A stretch of 64,000 bases of DNA from Patescibacteria group bacterium (GTDB lineage: Bacteria > Patescibacteriota > Microgenomatia > JAMCYU01). The stretch lies in NCBI GenBank assembly GCA_023473585.1, contig JAMCYU010000004.1:133748-197747 (forward strand), in the 5' to 3' direction. The number at the start of each line of letters is the position of its first letter. Within the stretch, counting starts at the first letter, position 1. The notes under the pieces are model-generated. The model saw nothing but the letters and a program-made list of their open reading frames with translations. It searched no databases and was not told the DNA's origin. The position numbers were made by a program, and so were the translations under genes. This document shows positions 7,904-20,663 of the stretch, piece after piece.

Positions 7904-8965
7904 TTAACTGCGTCTGCCCTTGGTTAAACGATCCAACTCTTCCGGTTTTAAAGCAAAGCTTTGGGCAACTTCCAGGGTAATTTTTCCGGCCTTAACTAAA
8001 CGGGCCAGGGTTCCTTCAAGCGAAATCATCCCCAGTTCCGCCGAAGTTTGGATAATATTATCAATCAAATGTGTTTTGCCTTCCCGGATCGTCGTTTTCA
8101 CGGCCGGGGTTGCCGTTAAAATCTCGCAGGCGGGAATGCGGCCGCCGCCGACCGCCGGCAATAATCTTTGTGATAAAATTCCTTCCAAAGTTGCTGATAA
8201 TTGCATTCTCACTTGCGCTTTCGTATGTTCGGGAAAAACATCAACAATACGGTCAACGGTTTGCGCGGCGGAGTTGGTATGCAAAGTCGCAAAAACCAAA
8301 TGACCGGTTTCGGCAATCGTTAGGGCCGCGGAAATCGTCTCATAATCGCGCATTTCGCCGATTAAAACAACATCAGGATCCTCACGCAAACACGAACGCA
8401 GAGAAACTTCCCAGGAATGACTGTCAAGATGCATTTCTCGCTGTGAAACCATGGACTTACCTTTAGGATAAACGTATTCAATCGGATCTTCAATCGTAAT
8501 AATATGCGTTGCCCGAGTCTGATTAATTTCGTCAATGATCGCCGCCAAGGTCGTTGATTTACCGTGGCCGGTCGGACCGGTCATGAGGATAAAACCTTGT
8601 CTTAGAGACGCAAAAGTATGACAAATCTGGGGCAAATTAAGCTCGTCAATTGACCTTATTTTAAAAGGAATTAATCTGAAAGCCGCCGCCATCGAACCTT
8701 TTTGAAAATAGACATTTACCCGAAACCTGGCCTGATCGGTTCCGTAACTAAAATCAAGCTCTTTATTAGCTAAAAAAAGTTCTTTTTGTTCCGGACTTAA
8801 AATCGCCAAAATCAACGACTCGGCTTCTTCGGCGGTTAGAAGTTCTTTGTCAGAAAGGGGAACAAGGAAACCGTCAATTCTTAGGGTCGGTTGCATCCCC
8901 ACCACCAGATGAAGGTCCGAGGCCCCTCGGCGGTTTGTTTCGTTTAATAATTCTTGAATATTCAC
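7904..8965 (-). CDS. pilT: Twitching-motility retraction ATPase PilT
   Basis: GTG start; ASDLHL, Walker A GPTGHGKSTT, Asp box and His box (GRIPACEIL). About 350 aa. Confidence 0.9.
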   Translation of the reverse strand: MNIQELLNETNRRGASDLHLVVGMQPTLRIDGFLVPLSDKELLTAEEAESLILAILSPEQKELFLANKELDFSYGTDQARFRVNVYFQKGSMAAAFRLIPFKIRSIDELNLPQICHTFASLRQGFILMTGPTGHGKSTTLAAIIDEINQTRATHIITIEDPIEYVYPKGKSMVSQREMHLDSHSWEVSLRSCLREDPDVVLIGEMRDYETISAALTIAETGHLVFATLHTNSAAQTVDRIVDVFPEHTKAQVRMQLSATLEGILSQRLLPAVGGGRIPACEILTATPAVKTTIREGKTHLIDNIIQTSAELGMISLEGTLARLVKAGKITLEVAQSFALKPEELDRLTKGRRS

Positions 8966-8980
8966 TTTCCCTCCTTATTT

Positions 8981-9017
8981 CATACTTAATACTTTATACT
9001 TAATACTAAATACTAAT
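8981..9017. repeat. ATACTTAATACT tandem repeat block in the pilB-pilT intergenic region / pilT 5-prime UTR
   Basis: CATACTTAATACTTTATACTTAATACTAAATACTAAT. Confidence 0.7.
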
Positions 9018-10719
9018 CTTGGGCGACTCTTAAAACTTCCTCTATTGTCGTTATCCCCTCAATAACTTTCAAGTAACCGTCTTGTTTCATCGTGATCATG
9101 CCTTCTTCAACCGCTTGTTTTTCCACTTGGTCCGCGGACGCTCTTTCCAAAACCATCCGACCGATTTTTTCCGAAATCGGTAAAACCTCAAAAACGCCCA
9201 CCCGGCCGAAATAACCGGTACCGTTACATTCCTGGCAACCCTTACCTTTGTAAAGTTTAACCGCCCCTTTAAGAGGCGGAAATAAATTACCCAAGACTTT
9301 TTTAATATCTTCAACGACTTCGGGTGCCGGTTCGTAAGATTCTTTGCACTCCGGACAAATTTTACGGCAAATCCGCTGGCCGACAATGGCGTTTAAAGAG
9401 GACGCCACCAAGAAAGGCTCCGCCCCCATATCCAAAAGCCGGGGCAGGGCTGTCGAGGCATTATTGGTGTGCAGGGTCGAAAAAACCAAATGACCGGTTA
9501 AGGCCGCCTGGATGGCCAGGCCGGTTGTTTCGCTATCCCGAATTTCTCCCACCAAAATAATATTCGGATCCTGACGCAAGAAAGCTTTTAGGCCGGTAGC
9601 AAAGGTTAAGCCGGCTTGAGGATTAACCTGCACCTGATTAACACCGGCAATTTGGTATTCAACGGGGTCTTCCAAAGTGACGATATTGACCCTGATGGTA
9701 TTTAATCTTGACAAAACCGCGTATAAAGTCGTGGTTTTCCCGGAACCGGTCGGTCCCGTGACTAAAATAATACCGTGCGGCCGCAAAATGGCAATTTCCA
9801 AATTTTTCAAAGCCGTACCGCGAAGACCTAGTTCCGGCAAAGAAGGAACGCCACCGCTTTTTTTCAAAAGTCGCATAACGACTTTTTCCCCGAAAGACGT
9901 CGGCAGGGTGGAAATACGCAAATCAACCTCTTCTTCACCCATTTTAAAATTGAAACGGCCGTCCTGGGGCACCCGGCGTTCGTCAATTTTCATATCCGAT
10001 AAAATTTTTATTCTGGAAACCACGGCCTCGTGAACTGATTTGGGCAGGGCGATTTTTTCGTGCAAAATACCGTCAATTCGATAACGAACCCTCGTTTTGT
10101 CTTCACCCGGTTCGATATGAATATCAGAGGCCCTTGACTTAATGGCAAATTCGAGAAGAGTCGAAACTATTTTGGCAATCGGCGCTTCTCTGATAACTTC
10201 ACCCAATTTACCCGCCTCAAAAGTCCTTACCGACGGCAGGGAAGTTTCTTTTAAGGCAGCCGTGACTTCAGTCGTTAAATTTTGAGAGTACTGCTGATCA
10301 ATGATTTCTTTAATTTCTTCGGGCAAAGCCAAAAAAGGCACAATTTTTTTACCGGATTTTCTTTCCACGAATTCAATCACCTGCAAATCTAAAGGGTCGG
10401 CCATGGCTACCGATAAAAGATTTTTTTTGTCGTCAAAATTAAAGGGGAAAAGATTATAGCGCCTGGCGACAGGCTCGGGAATATAAGTTAAAATCTCCGG
10501 CGAAACACCTTTACCGGTTAAGGTGACAAAAGGAACATTTAAAAGTTTTGCCTTCGCTTTGCCTATTTGTTCTGGGGTGGTCAGTTTTTTTCTGGTAACG
10601 ATCTCTTCAATCGAAATCCCGCTGTTTAAACTTTCAACCTTAACACTCGAGGCAATTTCCGGAGTAATAACTTTATCCGCAGCTAAAAGATCAACCAGTG
10701 TTTGGGCAGAATCAACCAT
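9013..10719 (-). CDS. pilB: Type IV pilus assembly ATPase PilB (GspE family)
   Basis: N-terminal T2SSE_N region, Walker A GPTGSGKTTT and tetracysteine motif CRKICPECK...CQECNGTG. Confidence 0.9.
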   Translation of the reverse strand: MVDSAQTLVDLLAADKVITPEIASSVKVESLNSGISIEEIVTRKKLTTPEQIGKAKAKLLNVPFVTLTGKGVSPEILTYIPEPVARRYNLFPFNFDDKKNLLSVAMADPLDLQVIEFVERKSGKKIVPFLALPEEIKEIIDQQYSQNLTTEVTAALKETSLPSVRTFEAGKLGEVIREAPIAKIVSTLLEFAIKSRASDIHIEPGEDKTRVRYRIDGILHEKIALPKSVHEAVVSRIKILSDMKIDERRVPQDGRFNFKMGEEEVDLRISTLPTSFGEKVVMRLLKKSGGVPSLPELGLRGTALKNLEIAILRPHGIILVTGPTGSGKTTTLYAVLSRLNTIRVNIVTLEDPVEYQIAGVNQVQVNPQAGLTFATGLKAFLRQDPNIILVGEIRDSETTGLAIQAALTGHLVFSTLHTNNASTALPRLLDMGAEPFLVASSLNAIVGQRICRKICPECKESYEPAPEVVEDIKKVLGNLFPPLKGAVKLYKGKGCQECNGTGYFGRVGVFEVLPISEKIGRMVLERASADQVEKQAVEEGMITMKQDGYLKVIEGITTIEEVLRVAQD

Positions 10720-10798
10720 AAATTTATTTCTAGGGTTATGACAAAGTAACTGGTCAATAAACCTAGCACTATACTTATTATTAGATCTTTCATGTATA

Positions 10799-11545
10799 AT
10801 GTCAATTATTAAAATGCAAAGTTTTATTCTTGTCGGCGGGTCAGAAGAAGAAAGACTAAAAAAAGCTCTGGACCTTAACGGTCAGGATTTAAAAATCTCC
10901 AAGTTTGATACTATTATTATTGGGGGTGAAACTTCAATCGGCATCGGCCAGATCCGTCAACTCTTTCATGAATTAAGTCTAAAACCTTATAATTCCAAAG
11001 CCAGGTCGGCGATTGTTCATCCCGGAGAACTCTTGACCGTCGAGGCCCAGAATGCCCTTTTAAAAATGCTGGAGGAGGCCAGAGAAACGGCCTTCATCAT
11101 TTTAACCACACCGCAAATTGACCTTTTGTTGTCCACTGTGACCTCCCGCTGCCAAATCATTAAATTAGCTCCCAAAACCGAAATTTCTTTAGAGGAAGAA
11201 GAATTTAAGAAAATGATTTTTGATCTATTATCTATTATCCAATCAGGAGTAGGGGAAAGGTTAAAATTTGCCGAAACTTTGGGAAAAGATCGGGAAGAAA
11301 TCAAACTTTGGCTTATTAAATTACTAACTGTCTGCCGGGAAATATTATTATTAAAAAGCGGCGCCAGGGTTGACCCGCAACGTGTTAACATGTTAACACA
11401 ATATGGAAAAACCCCAGCACTTTTAACAACGGCGGATTTACTGCAAACGATTAAGGAAATTAACCAAACAAAAACCATGCTTGAGCAAAATGTCAATCCC
11501 AGATTAGCTTTAGAAAATCTTCTGCTCGCTTTTCCTAAAACTTAA
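10799..11545 (+). CDS. holB: DNA polymerase III delta-prime subunit-like (HolB)
   Basis: AQNALLKMLEE and TVTSRCQ (SRC motif); no P-loop, as expected for delta-prime. Confidence 0.55.
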   Translation: MSIIKMQSFILVGGSEEERLKKALDLNGQDLKISKFDTIIIGGETSIGIGQIRQLFHELSLKPYNSKARSAIVHPGELLTVEAQNALLKMLEEARETAFIILTTPQIDLLLSTVTSRCQIIKLAPKTEISLEEEEFKKMIFDLLSIIQSGVGERLKFAETLGKDREEIKLWLIKLLTVCREILLLKSGARVDPQRVNMLTQYGKTPALLTTADLLQTIKEINQTKTMLEQNVNPRLALENLLLAFPKT

Positions 11546-11564
11546 AAAAAGTCCTTTTTCTCCT

Positions 11565-11592
11565 TGATTTACGCTAAAATTTTTGCTAAAAT
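11565..11592 (+). promoter_or_regulatory. Sigma70-like promoter upstream of gyrB
   Basis: TTGATT (11565-11570), 16-nt spacer, TAAAAT (11587-11592). Confidence 0.4.
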
Positions 11593-11623
11593 AGACCTAT
11601 CTAATCTTTAAAAATCAGTCTAA

Positions 11624-13612
<1,989 letters not shown>

Positions 13613-13640
13613 TATAATAACAATTGAAAGGAGATTATTT

Positions 13641-15668
13641 ATGGATATTCAAATTCTGGCCTTGACTTTGGCTCCCTTAACCGCCATTGTCGCCTTAGGT
13701 TACGGTGCTTTTTTGGTCAAAAGGGTGACTTCGGAAGAAGAAGGAACCCAAAAAATGCGGGAAATCGGTCAGGCGATTCGTGATGGTTCCATGGCCTATC
13801 TTTATCGCCAGTTTAGGGTCGTTAGCCTTTTTTTGGGCATTTTAGCTTTGATTTTGGGTTTAACTTTGGGCTGGGGCGTCGCCGGAACTTTTGTTTTGGG
13901 AGCGGTTTTTTCCGCCATTACCGGTTATGTGGCCATGTGGATTGCGGTTAAGGCCAACGTCAGAACGGCGCAAGCCGCAACTTTGGGTTTAAATCCGGCT
14001 TTAAAAATTGCTTTCGGCGCCGGTACGGTTAACGGGATGCTGATTGTCGGTTTAGGCCTTTTGGGCGTTTCGATTATTTATGTCGCGGCTTATTTTTTAA
14101 AGATCGCCCAAGGACCACAGGCGGTGGCTAAACTCGCCACTGATGTTTTAGTCGGTTACGGTTTTGGGGCCGCCCTTTTAGCGCTTTTTATGCGGGTTGG
14201 GGGAGGGATTTTTACCAAAGCCGCGGATGTGGGAGCGGATTTGGTCGGTAAAGTCGAAAAGGGCATCCCCGAAGATGATCCCAGAAATCCCGCGGTTATT
14301 GCTGACCAGGTTGGTGATAACGTCGGCGACTGCGCCGGCATGGGCGCGGATGTTTTTGAGTCATACGCCATCACCATCGTCGCCGCCATGATTTTAGGCG
14401 GCAGCATGTTCGGACTTCCGGGCGTGGTTTTTCCGCTTTTGGCCCGTTCCGGAGCTATTTGGACTTCCATTTTAGGCAGTTTCTTTGTGAAAGCGAAAAA
14501 CGATCAGGAAAATCCTTTAAATCCCTTAATGCGCGGTTTCATCTTGTCAGCCGTCGCCGCCATCGTCATTTTTATGGCTTTGGCGATTTTTCTTCTGGGT
14601 GAACCCAAAGCCGGCCTCGCCTCGGTCGCCGGTATCTTAGCCATGCTGGGTCTTCTCTATATTACCAAGTACTACACCGGTCCCGGCGAAAAACCGGTGG
14701 TCGAGATTGCTAACGCCTCAAGCACCGGCGCCGGCACGAATTTAATCGCCGGTTTGGCTTTGGGCATGCAATCAACGATTCCTTCAGTCTTGGTTGTGGT
14801 TTTTGCCATTCTGACCGGCTACACCCTGATGGGTTTTTACGGCATTGCCCTGGCCGGAATGGGAATGTTAGCGACCACCGGAATCATCATGTCTTTGGAT
14901 ACTTTTGGCCCCATTTCCGATAACGCCCAGGGAATTGCGGAAATGGCGGGTTTAACGACCGGCAAAGCCGCCAAAGTCACGAATGATTTGGATGCGGTCG
15001 GGAATACGACCAAAGCCCTAACCAAGGGTTTTGCCATCGGTTCGGCCGCGGTCGCGGCGGTTTCTCTTTACGCGACTTACTTTGAAATCACCGGCTTGTC
15101 AGCCATTAATATTGCCGATCCCAAAACCTTTGTGGGTTTGTTATTGGGAGCAGCGGTTCCTTTCCTTTTTAGCTCCAGACTTATCTCGGCTGTCGGCCGG
15201 GCGGCTTTCTTAATGGTTGAAGAAGTCAGACGCCAATGGAAAACTATCAAGGGGATTATGGAGGGAACGGCCAAACCCGATTATGCCAAGTGTGTGGAAA
15301 TCTCAACCGTTGCCGCCCAAAAAGAATTAGTGGTTCCTGCCATTTTAGTCATCGGTTCGCCCATCGCCATCAGTCTTTTAGGGGCTCAAGCCTTGGGAGG
15401 CTTTTTAAGCGGCACCATCGCTTCCGGGCTTTTGCTGGCTTTTTTCATGGCCAATACCGGCGGCGCCTGGGACAACGCTAAAAAATATATTGAAGACGGC
15501 CATTTGGGCGGTAAAGGCTCTGACGCTCATAAAGCGGCCGTGGTCGGGGATACGGTCGGGGATCCTTTAAAGGATACGGCCGGACCGGCGATTAACCCCA
15601 TGATTAAAATCATTAATATCGTGGCGTTATTAATCGCCCCCTTTGTCATGGCGATGATCGGTAAATAA
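13641..15668 (+). CDS. hppA: Membrane-bound H+/Na+-translocating pyrophosphatase
   Basis: GGGIFTKAADVGADLVGKVE, DNVGDCAGMGADVFESY, 15-16 TM helices; SD AAAGGAG upstream. Confidence 0.9.
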   Translation: MDIQILALTLAPLTAIVALGYGAFLVKRVTSEEEGTQKMREIGQAIRDGSMAYLYRQFRVVSLFLGILALILGLTLGWGVAGTFVLGAVFSAITGYVAMWIAVKANVRTAQAATLGLNPALKIAFGAGTVNGMLIVGLGLLGVSIIYVAAYFLKIAQGPQAVAKLATDVLVGYGFGAALLALFMRVGGGIFTKAADVGADLVGKVEKGIPEDDPRNPAVIADQVGDNVGDCAGMGADVFESYAITIVAAMILGGSMFGLPGVVFPLLARSGAIWTSILGSFFVKAKNDQENPLNPLMRGFILSAVAAIVIFMALAIFLLGEPKAGLASVAGILAMLGLLYITKYYTGPGEKPVVEIANASSTGAGTNLIAGLALGMQSTIPSVLVVVFAILTGYTLMGFYGIALAGMGMLATTGIIMSLDTFGPISDNAQGIAEMAGLTTGKAAKVTNDLDAVGNTTKALTKGFAIGSAAVAAVSLYATYFEITGLSAINIADPKTFVGLLLGAAVPFLFSSRLISAVGRAAFLMVEEVRRQWKTIKGIMEGTAKPDYAKCVEISTVAAQKELVVPAILVIGSPIAISLLGAQALGGFLSGTIASGLLLAFFMANTGGAWDNAKKYIEDGHLGGKGSDAHKAAVVGDTVGDPLKDTAGPAINPMIKIINIVALLIAPFVMAMIGK

Positions 15669-15703
15669 AATCGCCTGCCCAAAAGTGAAAGAGAGGTGAA
15701 ATT

Positions 15704-15856
15704 ATGAAGGAAGCAGAATACGAAGCAGCGATGGATCAAATTAGAAGGCCGGAGATGACTCCGGAGGAGGTAGCCGAAACCATCAGAAGGGGAATTTTTG
15801 AACCTAAAGATTTTACATCGGCGCAATTAAAACCGCCCGTTCCTGAAAAAGAATAA
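15704..15856 (+). CDS. Small hypothetical protein (50 aa) between hppA and gyrA
   Basis: ATG preceded by SD AGAGGTG. Translates [50 protein letters not shown]. Not in the ORF track because it is under 60 aa. Confidence 0.3.
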   Translation: MKEAEYEAAMDQIRRPEMTPEEVAETIRRGIFEPKDFTSAQLKPPVPEKE

Positions 15857-15861
15857 GATTT

Positions 15862-18345
15862 ATGAATATCGGTAAAGTACAAGCAACGGACATAACTACG
15901 GAAATGCAAAAGTCCTATTTGGACTATGCCATGTCGGTTATCGTGGCCCGGGCTTTGCCTGATGTCCGCGACGGTTTAAAGCCGGTGCATCGCCGCATTC
16001 TTTACGCCATGCACCAGATGAATTTAACCCACAGCGCTCATTTTGCCAAAAGCGCCAAGATTGTCGGAGAAGTCTTGGGCAAATATCATCCTCATGGGGA
16101 TATGGCGGTTTATGACGCCATGGTCAGATTAGCCCAAAATTTTTCCATGCGTTATCCGCTCGTTGAAGGACAGGGTAATTTCGGCTCGATTGACGGCGAT
16201 CCGGCGGCCGCCATGAGGTACACGGAAACCAGACTGGCCCAAATCAGCCAGGAAATGCTTGCCGATTTGGAAAAAGAAACCTGTGATTTCTTGCCCAATT
16301 TTGACGCGACCCTTAAAGAACCGGTTTTTTTACCGGCTAAACTCCCAAACCTGCTTTTAATGGGTTCCGAAGGGATTGCCGTCGGCATGGCCACGAAGAT
16401 CCCGCCTCATAATTTAACTGATGTCCTAGACGCCGTCAATTTTATGATTGAAAAAGGCCGGGTTGATAAAGACGATCATTTTGTTTCCGAAGCCACGGTC
16501 GAGGATTTGGTCGAAATTATTAAAGGCCCGGATTTTCCGACCGGCGGCACCATTTATGATATCAACGAAATTATCGGAAGCTACGCGACCGGACGGGGCA
16601 AAATCTTAATCCGCGGCAAAGCGGAAATTGAAGATATCGGTCAGGGCAAGGCCGCGATCATCGTTTCCGAACTGCCTTATCAGGTTAATAAATCCATGTT
16701 TGTTGCCAAAATTGCCGAGCTGGTCAAAGAGAAAAAATTGGAGGGAATTTCCGATTTGCGCGACGAATCCGACCGGCGCGGCATCAGGGTTTACATTGAA
16801 TTGAAACGCGACGCCAGACCCCAGCAGGTTTTAAATAATTTATATAAACACACCGAACTGCAAACCGTTTTTCCGGTCAATGTCGTCGCTTTGGTCGATG
16901 GCACCCCTCAAACCCTAACACTGAAAATGATTTTGGAAGCCTATCTTGAACACCGCCGTGAAGTCGTCCGTAAAAGATCGGAATTTGAATTGAGGGAGGC
17001 CCGGGCCAGGGCTCATATTTTGGAAGGCTTAAAAATTGCCGTCGAGAATATTGACGCGGTGATTGAAACCATCAAAAAAGCCAAAGACGCGGAAGCGGCC
17101 AAATCGGCTTTGATGACAAAGTTTAAATTAACCGAAATTCAGGCCACGGCGATTTTAGACATGCAGCTTCGACGTTTAGCGGCTTTGGAACGCCAAAAAA
17201 TTGAAGACGAATATCAGATGATTAAGGAAACCATCGCTTACCTTGAAGATTTGCTTACTCATCCGGAAAAGATCTTAAAAATCATCAAAAATGAATTAAC
17301 CTATCTTAAGGAAAAATACGGCGACGAAAGAAAAACCCGCGTGGTTAAAAGCAAGGTTGGGGAATTTTCCGACGAACAATTAATTCAAAAAGAAACGACC
17401 ATTGTCACCATTACCCGCGGCGGTTATGTCAAAAGATTATCCCCTCTCTCTTTTAAGACGCAGGGGCGAGGAGGTAAGGGAGTTATAGGCATGGTAACAA
17501 AGGAAGAAGACGAAATTGAACACTTAATTTTCTCAAATACCCACGAAAATATCCTTTTCTTTACGAATAAAGGCAAAGTTTATCAACTTAAAGTCTGGGA
17601 TCTGCCCGAAGGAACAAGGATCAGTAAGGGTCAGGCGATTGTCAATTTGATCAATACCGAACAGGGAGAATTGGTTTCCTCGGTCTTAACCTACAGCGAA
17701 AACGCCAAAGAAAAGAAGCAGAGCTTTTCTCCGAAGAAATTTATTTTCTTAACCACCAAGGGCGGCACGGTTAAAAAAACGGCCATCTCCGAATTTACCA
17801 ATATCCGCAGAAACGGCCTAACCGCCATCAAGCTTTCTCCGGGCGATACTCTTTCCTGGGCGAAATTAACCGACGGGGCTTCAGAAGTGATTTTAATTAC
17901 CAGCAAAGGAAAAGCGATTAGATTTAACGAAAAACAGGTCAGACCCATGGGCCGAGACACCATGGGCGTTCGGGGCATTGCCGTTTCTGGAGGAGATTTT
18001 GTCATTGGTATGGATGTCATTGACGATCCTAAAGCTAACCTTCTAGTCGTCATGGAAAAAGGCATCGGCAAACGCAGTCCCTTGTCTGATTTCCCCAAAC
18101 AAGGTCGTGGCGGTATGGGTGTTAAAGCCTCCGAAGTGACACCGCGAACCGGCAAAGTCGTTTTTGCCCAGATTATTCCGGAAAAAACCGAAACTCTCAT
18201 CTTAAATTCCAGTAAGGGCCAGGTTGTTAAGGTCTTAATTGATCAGGTCCCCAAACTTTCCCGCGCGACTCAAGGGGTCATTTTGATGAGGTTTGCCGAC
18301 AGCAAAGATTCTTTAGCCACAGCCACTTGTATGGCTAAAGACTAA
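15862..18345 (+). CDS. gyrA: DNA gyrase subunit A
   Basis: [17 protein letters not shown], active-site Tyr region and C-terminal beta-pinwheel repeats with the GyrA box (QGRGGKG). Confidence 0.95.
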   Translation: MNIGKVQATDITTEMQKSYLDYAMSVIVARALPDVRDGLKPVHRRILYAMHQMNLTHSAHFAKSAKIVGEVLGKYHPHGDMAVYDAMVRLAQNFSMRYPLVEGQGNFGSIDGDPAAAMRYTETRLAQISQEMLADLEKETCDFLPNFDATLKEPVFLPAKLPNLLLMGSEGIAVGMATKIPPHNLTDVLDAVNFMIEKGRVDKDDHFVSEATVEDLVEIIKGPDFPTGGTIYDINEIIGSYATGRGKILIRGKAEIEDIGQGKAAIIVSELPYQVNKSMFVAKIAELVKEKKLEGISDLRDESDRRGIRVYIELKRDARPQQVLNNLYKHTELQTVFPVNVVALVDGTPQTLTLKMILEAYLEHRREVVRKRSEFELREARARAHILEGLKIAVENIDAVIETIKKAKDAEAAKSALMTKFKLTEIQATAILDMQLRRLAALERQKIEDEYQMIKETIAYLEDLLTHPEKILKIIKNELTYLKEKYGDERKTRVVKSKVGEFSDEQLIQKETTIVTITRGGYVKRLSPLSFKTQGRGGKGVIGMVTKEEDEIEHLIFSNTHENILFFTNKGKVYQLKVWDLPEGTRISKGQAIVNLINTEQGELVSSVLTYSENAKEKKQSFSPKKFIFLTTKGGTVKKTAISEFTNIRRNGLTAIKLSPGDTLSWAKLTDGASEVILITSKGKAIRFNEKQVRPMGRDTMGVRGIAVSGGDFVIGMDVIDDPKANLLVVMEKGIGKRSPLSDFPKQGRGGMGVKASEVTPRTGKVVFAQIIPEKTETLILNSSKGQVVKVLIDQVPKLSRATQGVILMRFADSKDSLATATCMAKD

Positions 18346-18519
18346 GAAAAGATTAAAGACAATCTAAAAGATCCTCATCTAGAAACAAAGTGGGTAGGTT
18401 ATCAATAAGCGATTACAAAAATCAAAAAACAGAAAGCCTTGGAAAAACTTAAAATCCTATCACTTAAATTTGCTAATTATGGTATTAAAGCCGCCGGCGG
18501 AAGAATCTAATCATTTTAT

Positions 18520-18539
18520 ATGATATATCGATATATCAT
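18520..18539. repeat. Perfect 20-bp palindrome ATGATATATCGATATATCAT between convergent genes
   Basis: Exactly self-complementary. It lies downstream of both gyrA (+) and the 84-aa minus-strand ORF. A 10-bp GC palindrome CCGCCGGCGG sits at 18491-18500. Confidence 0.8.
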
Positions 18540-18563
18540 TTATGAACAGGGATAAAAATGGTA

Positions 18564-18818
18564 TTACCTAGAAGTAAAGGTAACTTCTAAACTCTGTTCT
18601 TCTAAAACTTTTTGGTGATGCCCAGAAGAACAAACTGGACCAAACTCATCAGCCACTTCTTCTGGATGCAACCCTTCAAAACAAGAATCATGCAGAATAT
18701 GGGCAGCTAGATAGGCTGGAAAAGAGCTTTCATTAGTTTTATGTTCGGTACTTCCCAAACGACGTCTGACAATTTCGTTTCCGGATTCCCTAATATCTAA
18801 TTCAATATGTGGCGGCAT
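18564..18818 (-). CDS. Hypothetical small protein (84 aa)
   Basis: Isolated ORF in a 0.5-kb poorly coding region. It contains an R-x6-H motif (RRLGSTEH) that could be HEPN-like, but this is speculative. Confidence 0.25.
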   Translation of the reverse strand: MPPHIELDIRESGNEIVRRRLGSTEHKTNESSFPAYLAAHILHDSCFEGLHPEEVADEFGPVCSSGHHQKVLEEQSLEVTFTSR

Positions 18819-18870
18819 GATGGTTAAATTATAGGTTATAATTTTATTTTGTCAAGTGAAATGGCCTTTT

Positions 18871-19800
18871 TTATTTATTACCCCGATGAAAAGTTTCGTG
18901 AACGTCTTTTAAACGGCGGTTGGTCACATGAGTGTAGATCACGGTTGTGTTAATGCTCTCGTGGCCTAAAAGTTCCTGGACGCTTCTTAAATCCGCTCCG
19001 GCCATCAAAAGGTCGGTGGCAAAGGAATGACGCAAAGTATGCGGCGTCGCCAAAACCGGCAGCTTGGCTTTGGCGACGTACTTTTCGATTAAACGCTCGA
19101 CCGATCTTACCGTCAGACGTAAAGTTTCGCCGTCTTTACCCGGGTCAGCCTTCTTGCCGCCGTAACGAATAAATAAGGGTTTGTAGGCATCCTGGCGGGC
19201 TCCCAGGTATTTCCTCAACCATTCCGTGGCTCTTTTAGACAAGTAAACAACCCTGACTTTGCGGCCCTTTCCGACAACCCCAAATTCGCGGCGCTCCAGA
19301 TTAATTTGGTCCTTATTTAAAGAGACCAATTCGGAAACCCGAAGACCGGTCGAAAACAAAACCTCCATAATGGCTTTATCGCGGAAACCCTGGGGCTTGG
19401 AAAGATCCGGTTGACTTAAAAGTCTTTCGATTTGATCGGGGTCCAAAAACTTAATCATTCTTTCCTGGCTGCGTTTAGGCAATTCAATTCTTTTAGGCGC
19501 CAAACTTTTGATTTCCTGTCTTTCCAAATAACCCAAAAAGGCCCGTAAAATAATAATATGGTAAGTCTGCGTTAACTTTTTTAAGGGCAAATTACGCTCG
19601 GTTAATCTGGCCAAATAAACCCGGTATTTTTGCACCATCTCCAGGGTTAAATTTTCCGGCTTTGTACCGGGAAAATTAGCCTCAAGCCAGCCGTCAAATC
19701 TGTCCAGATAAAGTTTATAATTGCGCACCGTCAGGGGTGAACAGTCTTTTTCGATTTCCAAATATTCCAGGTACCTATTAATAGCCTCGGAAAAATTCAT
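18871..19800 (-). CDS. xerC: Tyrosine recombinase, XerC/XerD family
   Basis: R..GLRVSEL, GKGRKVRVV and HTLRHSFATDLLMAGADLRSVQELLGHESINTTVIYTHV (R-H-R-Y catalytic signature). Confidence 0.85.
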   Translation of the reverse strand: MNFSEAINRYLEYLEIEKDCSPLTVRNYKLYLDRFDGWLEANFPGTKPENLTLEMVQKYRVYLARLTERNLPLKKLTQTYHIIILRAFLGYLERQEIKSLAPKRIELPKRSQERMIKFLDPDQIERLLSQPDLSKPQGFRDKAIMEVLFSTGLRVSELVSLNKDQINLERREFGVVGKGRKVRVVYLSKRATEWLRKYLGARQDAYKPLFIRYGGKKADPGKDGETLRLTVRSVERLIEKYVAKAKLPVLATPHTLRHSFATDLLMAGADLRSVQELLGHESINTTVIYTHVTNRRLKDVHETFHRGNK

Positions 19801-19920
19801 AAATTATTTTTAACAAAGAAAGTTTTTATTTTTTTGGGTTTTAATAGGGGAGGGCTAAAAACGAGGCCAGGGGCCCTTTTTGGGAAAACAGGGTAATGGG
19901 GGTTAAAAAATGAAAACATA

Positions 19921-19977
19921 ATTCTATTTTAATTTTTTTTCTTAAATTTTTCTATCTTTTAATTTTTTCTTTTTTTG
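19921..19977. other. Extremely AT-rich tract (about 90% A+T), DNA-unwinding-element-like
   Basis: ATTCTATTTTAATTTTTTTTCTTAAATTTTTCTATCTTTTAATTTTTTCTTTTTTTG. Confidence 0.5.
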
Positions 19978-20260
19978 ACCACTTCTCCGGATCTGTGCCT
20001 GGTTAACGTCGTAAAAGTGTAGTTATACGACATATTAGATTATTTCCTCCCCGTTGTCAAGTCCCTCTTTTTTATAAGAACCGGGGTTAGCCGGATCTTT
20101 AATCTGGTTAACTCTTGGAGGAGAAAAGAAGGACTTCTCCGAAAGTCTTTGAAGATTGAAAAAGATGATAAGATTTTAGAAAGAGATCATTGAATCAAAG
20201 GACCAAGGAAGTCTTCGGTCAAAAGAAGAGCCCTCTTTATCCCTTACAGTGACACGCAAG

Positions 20261-20663
20261 TTTAGCAGATTATAACGCGCTAAACTGTTTATTTTAAGGC
20301 TACGTCTCTGTCTCGGCTCTTTCGGCTTTTTTTCGGTCGTCCGTATTTTAACGATATTTAGCGCATATTAACGCCCTAAACTTGTAATTTTGAGGCTGTT
20401 ATTCTCATGAGTCTTCTTAAGGATAAAGACGATTTAGGCGATCATAAAGCTCTAAACTCTTATTTTTAAAGCTCATAATTCTTCCCAGTCCCCAGCACCC
20501 AAGAGAAGCAATTGCTGATCTAACCGGATCAATCATGTACGTAACTAGTTTAGCCCATTGTAACGGTCTAAATCATTAATTTTAAGGCTAAGTTTTGAAA
20601 GAATTTTGATCATCATTTAGTTTTAGAGCATAATAACGCGCTAAAGTCAATTTTAATGCGTAA
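20261..20663 (+). repeat. Array of five degenerate ~44-bp direct repeats, each with an internal hairpin
   Basis: Copies at 20261, 20357, 20433, 20549 and 20621, with consensus TTTAGCnnAT(T)ATAACGCGCTAAAcTGTtTATTTTAAGGCT. Each has an inverted repeat TTTAGCGC/GCGCTAAA. Spacing is irregular (72-116 bp). Confidence 0.7.

Noticed and set aside
14156-15481. Several 60-105-aa ORFs on both strands inside hppA (for example 14156-14470 minus and 15236-15481 plus).
   Set aside because: They are embedded in the well-supported H+-PPase frame. They are Ala/Pro/Arg-rich shadow frames of a GC-richer membrane-protein gene.
20261-20663. Possible CRISPR array.
   Set aside because: The repeats are only about 70-85% identical. 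Spacer lengths vary from 28 to 72 bp. No cas genes occur anywhere in the window. This reads better as degenerate hairpin repeats.
20261-20663. Possible integron cassette array next to an IntI-like integrase.
   Set aside because: The recombinase has a plain XerC/D architecture of 309 aa with no extra IntI domain. The repeats lack RYYYAAC/GTTRRRY core sites. The units are too short to carry cassettes.
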